Shown here: positions 20,336 to 30,949 of the stretch, piece by piece
Layout of the letters: every line of letters starts with the position of its first letter
Numbering within the stretch: the first letter of the stretch is position 1
NCBI GenBank assembly: GCA_019637995.1
Contig: JAHBUQ010000001.1
Coordinates: 902,381 to 966,380, forward strand
Reading direction: 5' to 3'
Length of the DNA stretch: 64,000 nucleotides
From: Ignavibacteriota bacterium
GTDB lineage: Bacteria; Bacteroidota; Ignavibacteria; Kapaibacteriales; UBA2268
Translations under genes and position numbers: made by a program
Notes under the pieces: model-generated
Seen by the model: only the letters and a program-made list of their open reading frames with translations
Databases searched by the model: none
Told to the model about the DNA's origin: nothing

Positions 20336-21490
20336 TCAAGCAGCCCAAGATATTTTTAACAGATAACTAAGCAAAATACCGGCTGCAACTGCAGAGCCAA
20401 TAACACCTGATACGTTTGGGGCCATTGCATGCATCAATAAGTGATTATTTTTATTTTCTGCAAGACCTAATGCCTGAACAACTCTTGCACTATCCGGAAC
20501 TGCTGATACACCCGCTGCACCAATCATAGGATTAAGTTTATTATCTCCCTTAAGGAATAAATTCATTAACTTAGCAAACAATACTCCGCTTGCGGTAGCA
20601 ACCATGAATGATAACGCACCTAAAACGAAAATGAGTATTGACTGTGGCGTTAAGAATGTTGTAGCCTGAGTTGAAGCACCAACAGTAACACCAAGCAATA
20701 TTGTTACAATATCAATCATTTGTTTACTGGCAGTATCTGCAAGTCGTTTTGTAACACCGGATTCTTTGAGTAAATTACCAAAGAAGAGCATTCCGAGAAG
20801 TGGCAATGCACCCGGCGATATGAATGTCGTCAGCAATAACCCAACAACGGGGAAGAACATTTTTTCCAACTTGGAAACTGCACGCGGCGGTTTCATTCTG
20901 ATTAAACGCTCATCTTTTGAAGTCAGAAGTTGAATAATCGGCGGTTGAATAACTGGCACAAGAGCCATATATGAATAAGCAGCAATTGCAATCGCACCGA
21001 TAAGTTCGGGAGCGAGCCTCGAAGCAAGAAATATCGCAGTAGGACCATCAGCTCCACCGATGATACCGATAGCGGCTGATTGTTCGAGAGAAAAACCCAT
21101 TGTAAGTGCAGCTAAAAATGTTATAAATATACCAACCTGAGCAGCAGCACCCAAAAGCATCAGCTTTGGATTTGACAATAGGGTTGAAAAGTCCGTCATA
21201 GCACCGATACCGAGGAAAATTAAGGGTGGATAAATACCCTGAAGTACACCAAAATACAGGTAATTCATAACACTGCCGGACTCATAAATTCCAAGCTGCA
21301 AACCAACACCTTCCATAAAAGGTATATTACCAATTAAAATACCAAATCCGATAGGAACAAGCAATAGTGGTTCGTAGTCTTTTTTTATAGCTAAATAAAT
21401 AAAGATTATACCAACAGAAATCATTATCAAATGTCCCCAGGTTACGTTTGCAAAGCCCGAGAACTCAAGAAAATGCATCAAACCTTCCAT
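20336..21490 (-). CDS. mmdB: Na+-translocating decarboxylase beta subunit (OadB/MmdB family)
   Basis: Polytopic membrane protein with full-length similarity to OadB/GcdB/MmdB. It is the last gene of the four-gene decarboxylase operon. Confidence 0.85.
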   Translation of the reverse strand: MEGLMHFLEFSGFANVTWGHLIMISVGIIFIYLAIKKDYEPLLLVPIGFGILIGNIPFMEGVGLQLGIYESGSVMNYLYFGVLQGIYPPLIFLGIGAMTDFSTLLSNPKLMLLGAAAQVGIFITFLAALTMGFSLEQSAAIGIIGGADGPTAIFLASRLAPELIGAIAIAAYSYMALVPVIQPPIIQLLTSKDERLIRMKPPRAVSKLEKMFFPVVGLLLTTFISPGALPLLGMLFFGNLLKESGVTKRLADTASKQMIDIVTILLGVTVGASTQATTFLTPQSILIFVLGALSFMVATASGVLFAKLMNLFLKGDNKLNPMIGAAGVSAVPDSARVVQALGLAENKNNHLLMHAMAPNVSGVIGSAVAAGILLSYLLKISWAA

Positions 21491-21492
21491 GA

Positions 21493-21927
21493 TTAATTGC
21501 CCCCTATCTCAACCAGAACATCTCCTTCGAGTACTGAATCGTTCACATTAACCTTAATAGCAGAAATAACTCCATCTATGTCAGCTTTTATGTCATTTTC
21601 CATTTTCATCGCTTCCATGATCAGAATAGTATCTCCGACTTTAACTGTATCCCCAACCCTTCTCTTAATTTCAAGAATTGTACCTGGTAAGGGTGACTTT
21701 ATTGACATAGTCGTTGAAGCTGTCGGTACGTTTGTTTTTTGTCCGGGATTATTGTTGGGAGTAGTGATTGAACGAACAAGTTTTGGAGTTTTTATAATAG
21801 GCTTATCTAATTTTATGTCAACTTGATAAACTGTACCATTTACTTCAACTTCCGCAACATTATCCTCTATGTCTCTAACTTCGACATCATAGTCGTTCCC
21901 GCGAATAGCAAATTTAAATCTTTTCAT
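21493..21927 (-). CDS. mmdC: Biotin carboxyl carrier subunit of the decarboxylase
   Basis: C-terminal biotinyl domain carrying the EAMKMEN biotin-attachment motif. Confidence 0.8.
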   Translation of the reverse strand: MKRFKFAIRGNDYDVEVRDIEDNVAEVEVNGTVYQVDIKLDKPIIKTPKLVRSITTPNNNPGQKTNVPTASTTMSIKSPLPGTILEIKRRVGDTVKVGDTILIMEAMKMENDIKADIDGVISAIKVNVNDSVLEGDVLVEIGGN

Positions 21928-21948
21928 TTTTTTTCCTGATTGATATTT

Positions 21949-22383
21949 TTATACATGTTTTCTGATATTGTAAATTTTCGAACTCCATGGAGCATAAGGT
22001 CGAGGAACTCTATCTATTGTCAGAATAGCACTTTCCTGGTCGTGTACCTGTGCGAAATACAAGTGAAGCGCCATGCTGATAGCAGCATTGATTTCACCTG
22101 AAACATCTTCCTGATTTGCAGAAGATACTGCCACTTTTTCAGAAGGGCGTACATTTCTAAGTTGTATTTTTTTTATTACTTTAGCTGTGCCTGCAACTGC
22201 AAATGCTGTAATCGTCAATACAGCAAAAACAATCACAATCCCTACAACCGACATTACTGTAGCATCGTCCATGTACTGATTTTGCAAATCGAAAGTGATA
22301 CTATTCAGACTTTTAACACCCGCATCCGATAATCCCGCGATTAGTTTTGTCATACCATTTAAAATTTCGTATGTCATCATCAT
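21949..22383 (-). CDS. Small membrane-anchor subunit of the Na+-pumping decarboxylase (OadG/MmdD-like)
   Basis: A single TM helix followed by a soluble tail. Its position between the carboxyltransferase and biotin-carrier genes matches mmdADCB-type operons. Confidence 0.5.
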   Translation of the reverse strand: MMMTYEILNGMTKLIAGLSDAGVKSLNSITFDLQNQYMDDATVMSVVGIVIVFAVLTITAFAVAGTAKVIKKIQLRNVRPSEKVAVSSANQEDVSGEINAAISMALHLYFAQVHDQESAILTIDRVPRPYAPWSSKIYNIRKHV

Positions 22384-22389
22384 ATCTCC

Positions 22390-23952
22390 TTATAATGGTA
22401 TGTTGTCATGTTTTTTGAGTGGATTGTTATCCTTCTTAGAAGCGAGCATCTGTAAAGCACGAATAATTCTAAATCTTGAATTTCTTGGCTCTATAACATC
22501 ATCAATATACCCATATTTTGCGGCAACATAAGGATTTGCGAATTTATCTTTATACTCCTGTTCTTTTTCAGCAAAATATTTTGCTCTGTCATTCGGATCA
22601 GCAAATTCAGCAAGTTCTTTACTATATAATACTTCTATTGCACCTTTTGGTCCCATTACTGCGATTTCTGCTGTGGGCCAGGCGTAGTTTATATCACCGC
22701 GTAAATGCTTTGAACTCATTACATCATAAGCACCGCCATAAGCTTTTCTCAAAATGACAGTTACCTTAGGTACTGTTGCTTCTCCGTAAGCAAATAACAG
22801 CTTAGCACCGTGAATAATGATGCCGCCGTATTCTTGTGCTGTACCCGGCAAGAATCCGGGAACATCTACAAGAGTAAGAATTGGAATGTTGAAAGCATCT
22901 GTTAATCTTACAAATCTTGCCGCTTTACGTGAAGCATTAATATCAAGTACACCTGCAAGATAGTTTGGCTGATTAGCTACAATACCAACCGGCATTCCAT
23001 TGAATTTCGCATAACCTGTAACAACATTCTGGGCATAATTTCTTTGAATTTCTAAAAATTCGTCATCGTCAACTATTGAGTGAATGACATCCTTCACGTC
23101 GTAAGGTTTGTTCGGATTATCAGGAATAATATAATTTAATTTATCTTCTAATCTGTCAATTGGGTCAGAGCAGGAGTAAATAGGCGGGTCTTCCATATTG
23201 TTTTGTGGAAAGAAGCTCAATATTTTGCGAATAAGCAATAATCCTTCTTCCTCATTCTCTGCCACAAAGTGATTAACACCTGATTTAGTTGCATGAACGT
23301 GTGCGCCGCCAAGCTGCTCAACTGTTACATCTTCATTTGTTACTGTCTTAACAACTTTTGGACCGGTTACGAACATATAGCTCGTACCTTTTGTCATGAT
23401 TGTGAAATCTGTTAATGCCGGCGAATAAACAGCACCACCTGCACAAGGACCGAAAATTGCAGAAATTTGAGGAACAACACCCGATGCCATAATATTACGT
23501 TGAAAAATATCAGCATACCCACCGAGTGATTTCACACCTTCCTGAATTCTCGCTCCACCACTGTCGTTGATACCGATAATTGGGGCACCGACTTTCATGG
23601 CTTTATCCATTACTTTGCATATTTTCTGGGCATACATTTCTGATAATGAGCCACCAAAGACTGTAAAGTCCTGTGAAAATACAAATACTAATCTACCGTC
23701 AATCGTTCCATAACCTGTTACAACACCATCAGATAAAACTTCGGTACCTTCAAGTCCGAAGTCGCGTGTTCTATGTGTAACAAACATATCAAATTCTTCA
23801 AAACTTCCCTCATCCAAAAGCATACTGATACGTTCGCGTGCTGTGTATTTTCCCTTCTTATGTTGGGCTTCAATTCGTTTTTCACCACCACCGAGGCGTG
23901 CTGTTTCACGCATCTTCATCAGCTCTTTGATTTTTTCTTCAATCATCGCCAT
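22390..23952 (-). CDS. mmdA: Methylmalonyl-CoA decarboxylase alpha subunit / acyl-CoA carboxyltransferase
   Basis: Full-length similarity to propionyl-CoA carboxylase beta / MmdA carboxyltransferases, with two crotonase-fold halves. Confidence 0.85.
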   Translation of the reverse strand: MAMIEEKIKELMKMRETARLGGGEKRIEAQHKKGKYTARERISMLLDEGSFEEFDMFVTHRTRDFGLEGTEVLSDGVVTGYGTIDGRLVFVFSQDFTVFGGSLSEMYAQKICKVMDKAMKVGAPIIGINDSGGARIQEGVKSLGGYADIFQRNIMASGVVPQISAIFGPCAGGAVYSPALTDFTIMTKGTSYMFVTGPKVVKTVTNEDVTVEQLGGAHVHATKSGVNHFVAENEEEGLLLIRKILSFFPQNNMEDPPIYSCSDPIDRLEDKLNYIIPDNPNKPYDVKDVIHSIVDDDEFLEIQRNYAQNVVTGYAKFNGMPVGIVANQPNYLAGVLDINASRKAARFVRLTDAFNIPILTLVDVPGFLPGTAQEYGGIIIHGAKLLFAYGEATVPKVTVILRKAYGGAYDVMSSKHLRGDINYAWPTAEIAVMGPKGAIEVLYSKELAEFADPNDRAKYFAEKEQEYKDKFANPYVAAKYGYIDDVIEPRNSRFRIIRALQMLASKKDNNPLKKHDNIPL

Positions 23953-24130
23953 AATATTTCCTCAAAAAGAGTAAAACTAAATAAAAATTAATTTTCAAAT
24001 TAATAAAATTCATTAATACAAAAATACATACATAATTGTAAATAGACAAGTTTATTGTGAAAAACATTGTCAAAAATTTGTTTTTTATAATAATATATTC
24101 ACAATAAATTCATTGTTAGTGTCATATTTA

Positions 24131-24176
24131 TAAAAAAATCCCTGATATTACATATCATTGTTATAATATCAGGGAA
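24131..24176 (-). terminator. Rho-independent terminator downstream of dnaN on the minus strand
   Basis: A 12-bp stem (tccctgatatta…taatatcaggga). On the minus strand it is followed by a T7 run. Confidence 0.55.
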
Positions 24177-24201
24177 TTTAAGATTTCAAGTAGGAATATT
24201 T

Positions 24202-25386
24202 TTATGCTGTAATTCTTACCGGCATAACTAGCATTAATAATTCATTTGCATCTGATTTAGGAGTTATTAAAGCAGGGCGATTCGGTTCTGAGAAGGACAT
24301 ATTAAAAATATTATCCTGTGTATCTTTTGTATCAATATTTTCAAGTGCATCAAGAACAAATTTATAATTAAATGCAATAGAAAATTCAGGTCTGTTAAAT
24401 TCACATGATATAATTTCATGACCATGTTTGCCGGTTTCTTCATCTTCAGCAAACACTTTAATTTGATTTGATTCGATGAAAAATCTCACCTGACGGGATT
24501 TTTCATTCGAGAAGAGTGAAACACGCTTCAATGCAGTAATAAACTCATTAAGATCGGCTGTAAGCAAAAGCTCATTTCCCTTTGGAAGCACTGATTCATA
24601 AGGTGGGAATTTCTCATCAATGACTCTTGTCATGAATGTGGAGTTTTCCATATCAAATCTTGCGTGAGTTATCTTACCATAATTTTCTATGGTAGTCATA
24701 ATAACATCTGAATCAACTTTCTTTAAAATTTCAACCGCTTTCGCTGGGAGTAACAAGTCAAAATTTTGTGGAAATATGGGTTTATCAGAATTAACCGTAC
24801 ATTTAGAAAGTCTGAAGCTATCTGTAGCAACAGCATTCACAAAAGTTTCGCGGAATTGAAAGAATACACCTGTCATAGCTATTCTGTATTCATCAGTCGA
24901 AACACTGAATATTGTTTTGTCAGCTAAGCGAACAATTTGCTCACGTGTAAATTCAGCTCTGTTATGCATTGATGAAACAACTCCTTCTGCTTCATCAAAT
25001 GCTGCTTCAGTATCGAAAAGTTGAGGTATGTCTATATAATCATCCGGGTCAAGTCCTTTCATTTCGTAAGTGCCTTTAGCTGAAATAATTTTTACCTCAA
25101 AATTTTCGAGATTAGTCTCAAATTTGATGGAGCCGACAGTTCCCAAAGCTTTAATGATTTCATTCAGCATTCTTGCAGGAACTAAAATCGCTCCTGCTGT
25201 TTCGCTGATAACTTCAGTATTTGCAACTATTGTAATATTTTGATCAGTAGCAATAATTTGCAACCTGTTACCGTCAAGTTTGAAATAAAGATGCTCCAAA
25301 ACCGGAACTGTAGATTTTGGTGGTACTGCCGGAAGTACCTTTTGGAGTACTTTCTGTAAATCCGAAAGTAATACTGTAAATTCCAT
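24202..25386 (-). CDS. dnaN: DNA polymerase III beta sliding clamp
   Basis: N-terminus MEFTVLLSDLQKVL…VLEHLYFKLDGNRLQIIATD with a three-domain clamp layout. No dnaA is adjacent. Confidence 0.85.
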   Translation of the reverse strand: MEFTVLLSDLQKVLQKVLPAVPPKSTVPVLEHLYFKLDGNRLQIIATDQNITIVANTEVISETAGAILVPARMLNEIIKALGTVGSIKFETNLENFEVKIISAKGTYEMKGLDPDDYIDIPQLFDTEAAFDEAEGVVSSMHNRAEFTREQIVRLADKTIFSVSTDEYRIAMTGVFFQFRETFVNAVATDSFRLSKCTVNSDKPIFPQNFDLLLPAKAVEILKKVDSDVIMTTIENYGKITHARFDMENSTFMTRVIDEKFPPYESVLPKGNELLLTADLNEFITALKRVSLFSNEKSRQVRFFIESNQIKVFAEDEETGKHGHEIISCEFNRPEFSIAFNYKFVLDALENIDTKDTQDNIFNMSFSEPNRPALITPKSDANELLMLVMPVRITA

Positions 25387-25464
25387 TTTTACGCCTGTTG
25401 TATGATATTAAAAAACTTTTTATTATTTTGCATAAATTAAAAAGTAAATTTACAAATTTAGTTT

Positions 25465-26172
25465 TTGAAAACAAAAATAAATATTGATTTTTTCACTTAT
25501 GGAACTGCTATGTTGATAACTAAATATGGAGTAGATAATTTTTTAGCTATAATTGTAATATCATTACTTTTAATAGCTTTAGGTACTTTTTTGCCAAAAT
25601 CATGGTTCAACTATATACCCCTAAGCTTTGGTATAATTTTATTTATATTTGCCTTTGTCTTTTTCAGGGACCCTGAAAGAGTGATACCTACTGAAGTTTT
25701 GGAAAATGATAAATTCATTTTAGCACCTGCTGACGGCAAAGTAGTTGAAATAACTGATGACATTGAAAAAGACTACGTTCAGGGTGAGGCAATCAGGATA
25801 AGTATTTTCCTATCTCCGCTTGATGTTCATGTTAATCGAAGTCCTGTATCGGGCAAGGTTGAGTATTACAAATATTTTCCCGGTGAATATCTTGTAGCCT
25901 ATCATCCAAAATCTTCAGAGCTTAACGAACACAGTAAAATCGGCGTGATTACATCATCAGGAAAAGTAGCTTTCAAGCAGATTGTTGGAGTGCTTGCCAG
26001 AAGAATTGTATGCGATGTTAACGTTAACGACAATCTAAAAGCCGGTGATAAAATCGGAATGATGAAATTCGGTTCCCGAATGGATATTTTCGTGCCTAAA
26101 GGAACTGAGTTTATGTCAAAAGTTGGAGACCGTGTAGTTGCAGGTGAAACTATTATGGCAAGAATGCCATAA
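25465..26172 (+). CDS. psd: Phosphatidylserine decarboxylase (short archaetidylserine-type Psd proenzyme)
   Basis: N-terminal TM helices, the LSPLDVHVNRSP motif and the GSR cleavage/pyruvoyl motif near the C-terminus. Confidence 0.75.
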   Translation: MKTKINIDFFTYGTAMLITKYGVDNFLAIIVISLLLIALGTFLPKSWFNYIPLSFGIILFIFAFVFFRDPERVIPTEVLENDKFILAPADGKVVEITDDIEKDYVQGEAIRISIFLSPLDVHVNRSPVSGKVEYYKYFPGEYLVAYHPKSSELNEHSKIGVITSSGKVAFKQIVGVLARRIVCDVNVNDNLKAGDKIGMMKFGSRMDIFVPKGTEFMSKVGDRVVAGETIMARMP

Positions 26173-26179
26173 TTATTTA

Positions 26180-26989
26180 CTAATTTTTCTCGCTCCATTT
26201 TGTAAATATTTCAGTTAATATTTTCAGCCCGTCTGATAGTGCGGCAGGACCGGGTTGGAGAATTATACCCGAATCAATTTCGAAAATATTATTACTTTTT
26301 ACAGCATTGATGTTATCCCAGCCCTTTCTTTTTAGCATAGTTTGTTTTCGGAAGGGCTTTCCGCACCATGAAGCTAATATTATGTCGGGATTTCTTATGA
26401 TAATTTCTGTATCATCTTCTACAATTCTGCCATTTGCATTATGCGATAAACGATGCTCTTCAAAAATATCTTCTCCACCGCAAATTTCGATTATTTCACT
26501 AACCCAACAAATTCCGGTAATTATCGGGCTAAACCACTCCTCAAAATATACTTTAGGTTTTCTTTTCAATTTTTGGGCTGCAAGTTTTGCTTCTTGTATA
26601 TTATGATTAAGCTCTTCAATCAATCTGTCAGCTTCAGATTCAAAACCTGTGATTGCGCCCAATTTTAAAATCATAGATAAAATCCCTTCGACACTTCTAT
26701 GATTAAATGTATAAACCTCTACCCCATTTTTAATCAAATCACTAACAATATTTGCCTGTAAATCAGACCATGCGAGAACTAAATCCGGCTTCATATCAAG
26801 AATTTTGTCAATGTCAGCATCAAGATATCTTGATACAATTTCTTTCTCGAGTTTAGCTTTTTCAGGTCTTACAGTATATTCTGTAATGCCTGTTATCAGC
26901 TTGTCTGCACCAATCCTATAGAGAGTTTCAGTAGTTTCTTCAGTCAAGCAAATAATTCTTTCAGGATATTTTGGGTTTATGATATTCAT
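26180..26989 (-). CDS. BtuF-like cobalamin / Fe-siderophore ABC substrate-binding protein
   Basis: Class III 'helical backbone' periplasmic binding fold (ERIICLTEETTETLYRIGA…, WxxLQ). There is no obvious permease or ATPase partner in the window. Confidence 0.55.
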   Translation of the reverse strand: MNIINPKYPERIICLTEETTETLYRIGADKLITGITEYTVRPEKAKLEKEIVSRYLDADIDKILDMKPDLVLAWSDLQANIVSDLIKNGVEVYTFNHRSVEGILSMILKLGAITGFESEADRLIEELNHNIQEAKLAAQKLKRKPKVYFEEWFSPIITGICWVSEIIEICGGEDIFEEHRLSHNANGRIVEDDTEIIIRNPDIILASWCGKPFRKQTMLKRKGWDNINAVKSNNIFEIDSGIILQPGPAALSDGLKILTEIFTKWSEKN

Positions 26990-27051
26990 TTTATTTTTTC
27001 CAATTTAATTTATTTTTATGTAAACGTTTAATTTATTCAAATATTCAATTT

Positions 27052-27090
27052 AAAAAAAAATGCCCACTTCATTTAATAAAAGAGGGCATT
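27052..27090 (-). terminator. Terminator downstream of the Spy/CpxP-like gene on the minus strand
   Basis: Hairpin atgccc…gggcat that reads as a stem followed by a T9 run on the minus strand. Confidence 0.5.
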
Positions 27091-27112
27091 GATTTATAGA
27101 AATCTAAAAAAA

Positions 27113-27772
27113 TTATTTGAGACTATTTAGAAATCTTTCCCAGATTTCGAGTTGTTCTTCATTTAAAAGTTCAGCAATAGCATCAAATAATTCATCACGA
27201 CAATCTTTTAATCCTTCACGGATTTCAACTAAAGCAGGATTGTTGATCATAGCTTCCCTAACCTTTTGATTAAGCTGATTAATCAACCTCTGAGCCTGTT
27301 CACGAGTAATATCTCCGCTTTTGACCTGCTGCATAATTTCACGTCTTTCAACATTAGCACGCTGTACGATTGCTTGCCTTACAGCTTGAAGCTTACGGAA
27401 CCACTGAATTTCGCAAATATGGTGTTTATTGAGCAATTCTCTAAGAGCTGCCATTTGCTCATCATCAAGTTCCATTGCTCTGATTACTCTTTGCAATATA
27501 ATTTTGTTTCGGACATGTGGCGGCAATCTTCTTTCGTCTAATTTGCCATCAGGGCGCATTGGCTGTAATTCGTCCAATTTGATGTCACTGTCAATAGTGG
27601 CTTCAGTGATTTCAAAGTTTTCGACATTGTATTCGAAAACTGAAAGTTGATCGGGTGAAAGACTATCACTACCTGCGATATTGTTACTTTCACTGCAAGA
27701 GCTTAGAAAGGCAAGAGAAATACTCGTTACAATTATTAAAGATAATTTCAGAAAATTCATAGAAAACCTCAA
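27113..27772 (-). CDS. Spy/CpxP-family (LTxxQ motif) periplasmic lipoprotein
   Basis: Lipobox (LSSC). The C-terminal half is helical with repeated LxxEQ motifs (LDDEQ, ITREQ, LNEEQ). Confidence 0.45.
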   Translation of the reverse strand: MRFSMNFLKLSLIIVTSISLAFLSSCSESNNIAGSDSLSPDQLSVFEYNVENFEITEATIDSDIKLDELQPMRPDGKLDERRLPPHVRNKIILQRVIRAMELDDEQMAALRELLNKHHICEIQWFRKLQAVRQAIVQRANVERREIMQQVKSGDITREQAQRLINQLNQKVREAMINNPALVEIREGLKDCRDELFDAIAELLNEEQLEIWERFLNSLK

Positions 27773-27939
27773 ATATTTAAAAAGAAATTATTTATTTACG
27801 ATTTTTAGACATACAAAATTATAAAAAGGTTTAATCTTTCAATCAGAAAAAAATGAAATTTCAAATATTTTCAAAAAAATTTAAATAAATATTTCATTCA
27901 GACGATATATATTAAAGTAAAGTATTGAGTTAGTTAGAA

Positions 27940-29187
27940 ATGGAAGACCTAAACCTACAAATGAAAATTAAGGACGGAATCGAAAAAATTGGTCCACAAA
28001 GCTATGGTGTTAAGAATTACTATGTCCGTCAGAGTAGTAATAAATCTCAGCCAAGGCTAAAGCATTTCAGAGTAGGAGAAATATTGCAAGGAACTATACT
28101 CACAACAGACGGAAATGGAACAGGACTTGTCAGACTTCCAAGCGGAGACTTTAATTGTTATCTGCATAAAGGGCTCAAAAAAGGAGATGAGCTATTTTTT
28201 AAAATTACAAGTGTTGAACCCGGACTTGTGATTAAAGTTCACGCAGTACAGTCATTTTTTAAAAGAGTAAAAAGAAAAAAAGAAGATATTGTCAGAATAC
28301 TCGATCTTCCACAGGATGATATTTACTATTACACAGCTGATATTTATCTTACTTTTAAAAATATGATATACAAAGATGATCTGCTGAATTTTTATAAATT
28401 CTATGAGCGGGTACCGAATAATAACGTTTATGATGTTGAAGCTCTTAGCAGGACACTTTTCTGGCTCTCAGAGTCAGGTATTTCATTCGAATTTGATATT
28501 TTCAGTACCTCATATAAATATTTTTATGGCATGAAATATATGGATAGTTATATTAGCAGTGTACTTCTAAAAAAATTTTCGGAACTACCTGAAAATCTAA
28601 AAGCGATATTAAACCCCTTCAGAATGAAATATTATAATTCAAAAAATGAACCAAATTTAGGTGTTGACTTTTTATCAGTAAATTCAGAAACTCAGGGCTT
28701 AAATTTTTATACTTTAATGAAAAAATTATCTTCATCTCAATTATTTGACAACAATGAATATCTTACAGGCAGAATTTCTGATTTTATCCAGTCAATGTAC
28801 TTTTGGAATACGATTTGTACAGGTAGTGATGCTGCTTATCACTGGACATTTCCTTTTATGATTGCCGGAAAGACTAAGCTTATCACATTAGTAGTCAGAT
28901 CTCAATTTAATATACGACGAATGATGGGAATAAGCACTGGATCGTACGAGGATATTGATGTTGGAAATATTTTTAGCATTATTTTCAATCGTCACAGCAA
29001 CGAACTCAAAAATTATTTTGATAAATCACCGAATATTAAACAAATATTGGAAATTTTCGAAAAATATTTATCTGAGAGTGGATTAAAATTGCTCGCCATC
29101 CATTATTATGACGACGAGCTTATTACTGTTGAGTCTGCAGAAGGTGCTGTAATATCTACAAACAGAAGCATTTCATTTGTGGTTTAA
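27940..29187 (+). CDS. Hypothetical protein
   Basis: A 415-aa ORF with coding-like composition and no recognisable motif. Confidence 0.4.
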   Translation: MEDLNLQMKIKDGIEKIGPQSYGVKNYYVRQSSNKSQPRLKHFRVGEILQGTILTTDGNGTGLVRLPSGDFNCYLHKGLKKGDELFFKITSVEPGLVIKVHAVQSFFKRVKRKKEDIVRILDLPQDDIYYYTADIYLTFKNMIYKDDLLNFYKFYERVPNNNVYDVEALSRTLFWLSESGISFEFDIFSTSYKYFYGMKYMDSYISSVLLKKFSELPENLKAILNPFRMKYYNSKNEPNLGVDFLSVNSETQGLNFYTLMKKLSSSQLFDNNEYLTGRISDFIQSMYFWNTICTGSDAAYHWTFPFMIAGKTKLITLVVRSQFNIRRMMGISTGSYEDIDVGNIFSIIFNRHSNELKNYFDKSPNIKQILEIFEKYLSESGLKLLAIHYYDDELITVESAEGAVISTNRSISFVV

Positions 29188-29214
29188 ATTAGTCCACATC
29201 AATTCAGGTTATAA

Positions 29215-30891
29215 TTAATCTTTCAATTTTTTGTATTTAATTCTGTGTGGACCTGTATCACCAAGTCTTTTCTTCTTATTTTCTTCGTATTCGCTATATG
29301 AACCTTCAAAGAAATAAACTTGTGAATCCCCTTCAAAAGATAAAATATGTGTAGCAATTCTATCCAAAAACCATCTGTCGTGGGATATAATAACAGCACA
29401 ACCGGCAAAATTTTCCAAACCTTCCTCTAATGCTCTGAGAGTATTCACATCAATATCATTTGTAGGCTCATCAAGAAGAATTACATTTCCTTCACCTTTT
29501 AAAGTTTCTGCAAGATGCAATCTGTTGCGCTCACCACCTGAGAGTATTCCGCATTTTTTTTGCTGGTCAGGACCTGTGAAATTAAATTTTGCTACGTAGG
29601 CTCTTGAATTTACGGTTCTACCACCAAGTGTCATTAAATCATTACCACCCGAAACCTGCTCATAGACGGTCTTATCCAAGTCAATACTGGTATGAAGCTG
29701 ATCAACATAGGACATTTTCACAGTTTCACCGATAGTAATGTCTCCATTATCAGGATTTTCTAATCCCATAATCATTCTGAATAATGTAGTCTTACCTGCT
29801 CCATTGGGTCCGATTATACCAACGATTCCGGCAGGCGGTAGCTCAAAACTGAGATTCTCAAATAAAATTCTGTCGCCATAAGCTTTTGTAAGATTATTTG
29901 CCTGAATCACATTATTGCCTAATCTTGGACCGTTAGGAATGAATATTTCAAGTTTTTCTTCTTTTTGTTTCACATCTTCATCAAGCATTCTTTCATAAGC
30001 CGAAAGTCTTGCTTTTGATTTAGTTTGCTTGGCTTTAGGTGACATACGCACCCATTCCAACTCACGTTCGAGAGTTTTCATACGTTTTTCATTCTGCTTG
30101 CCTTCTTCTTCCAGCCTCTTAGACTTTTGCTCAAGCCATGAAGTATAATTACCTTTCCAAGGAATTCCTTCGCCGCGGTCTAATTCAAGAATCCAGCCTG
30201 CAACATTATCGAGGAAGTATCTATCATGTGTTATTGCAATTACAGTGCCTTTATACTGCCTCAGGTGTTCCTCAAGCCACTGAATTGACTCAGCATCAAG
30301 GTGGTTAGTAGGCTCATCAAGAAGAAGTATGTCAGGCTCACTAAGAAGCAATCTGCAAAGTGCAACTCTTCTTCTTTCACCGCCTGAAAGAATTTTTATA
30401 GGAGTATCCCCATCCGGACAGCGGAGAGCATCCATAGCACGATCGAGCTTATTGTCAAGTTCCCAGCCACCATATCTCTCGATTAAATCAGTCAGCTCAC
30501 CCTGACGGTCAATGACTTTCTGCATTTCGTCATCTTCCATTGGTTCGGCAAATTTTGCTGAAATATCTTCATATTCCTTAAGAAGGTCAACTATTTCCTG
30601 AACACCTTGTGATACAACCTCTTTTACAGTTGCATTTTCATCAAGTTCAGGCTCCTGAGATAAATGTCCAACCTTATATCCGGGGGAGAAAACCACATTA
30701 CCTTCATAGGCTTGGTCAAGTCCGGCAATGATTTTTAATAGAGTAGATTTACCCGAGCCGTTTAATCCTATAATGCCAATTTTGGCACCATAGAAAAATG
30801 AAAGGTAAATGTTGTTAAGAACTCTTTTATTTGGAGGGAAAACCTTTCCAACTCCAACCATAGAAAAAATAATTTTATTGTCTTCTGCCAT
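29215..30891 (-). CDS. ettA: Energy-dependent translational throttle protein EttA (ABC-F ATPase)
   Basis: Two ABC cassettes (GLNGSGKST, GPNGAGKTT, LSGGE signatures) joined by an arm-linker. Full-length identity to EttA. Confidence 0.9.
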   Translation of the reverse strand: MAEDNKIIFSMVGVGKVFPPNKRVLNNIYLSFFYGAKIGIIGLNGSGKSTLLKIIAGLDQAYEGNVVFSPGYKVGHLSQEPELDENATVKEVVSQGVQEIVDLLKEYEDISAKFAEPMEDDEMQKVIDRQGELTDLIERYGGWELDNKLDRAMDALRCPDGDTPIKILSGGERRRVALCRLLLSEPDILLLDEPTNHLDAESIQWLEEHLRQYKGTVIAITHDRYFLDNVAGWILELDRGEGIPWKGNYTSWLEQKSKRLEEEGKQNEKRMKTLERELEWVRMSPKAKQTKSKARLSAYERMLDEDVKQKEEKLEIFIPNGPRLGNNVIQANNLTKAYGDRILFENLSFELPPAGIVGIIGPNGAGKTTLFRMIMGLENPDNGDITIGETVKMSYVDQLHTSIDLDKTVYEQVSGGNDLMTLGGRTVNSRAYVAKFNFTGPDQQKKCGILSGGERNRLHLAETLKGEGNVILLDEPTNDIDVNTLRALEEGLENFAGCAVIISHDRWFLDRIATHILSFEGDSQVYFFEGSYSEYEENKKKRLGDTGPHRIKYKKLKD

Positions 30892-30949
30892 TTTTTTAAT
30901 TATAATATTTTACAAATCTTAATTTACTGTTTTAAATGAATTTATCAAG

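Noticed and set aside
24202-25464. dnaN as a marker of the chromosomal origin region
   Set aside because: There is no dnaA, no DnaA-box cluster and no strong AT-rich DUE pattern adjacent. Psd lies divergently upstream. dnaN is frequently unlinked from dnaA in FCB-group genomes.
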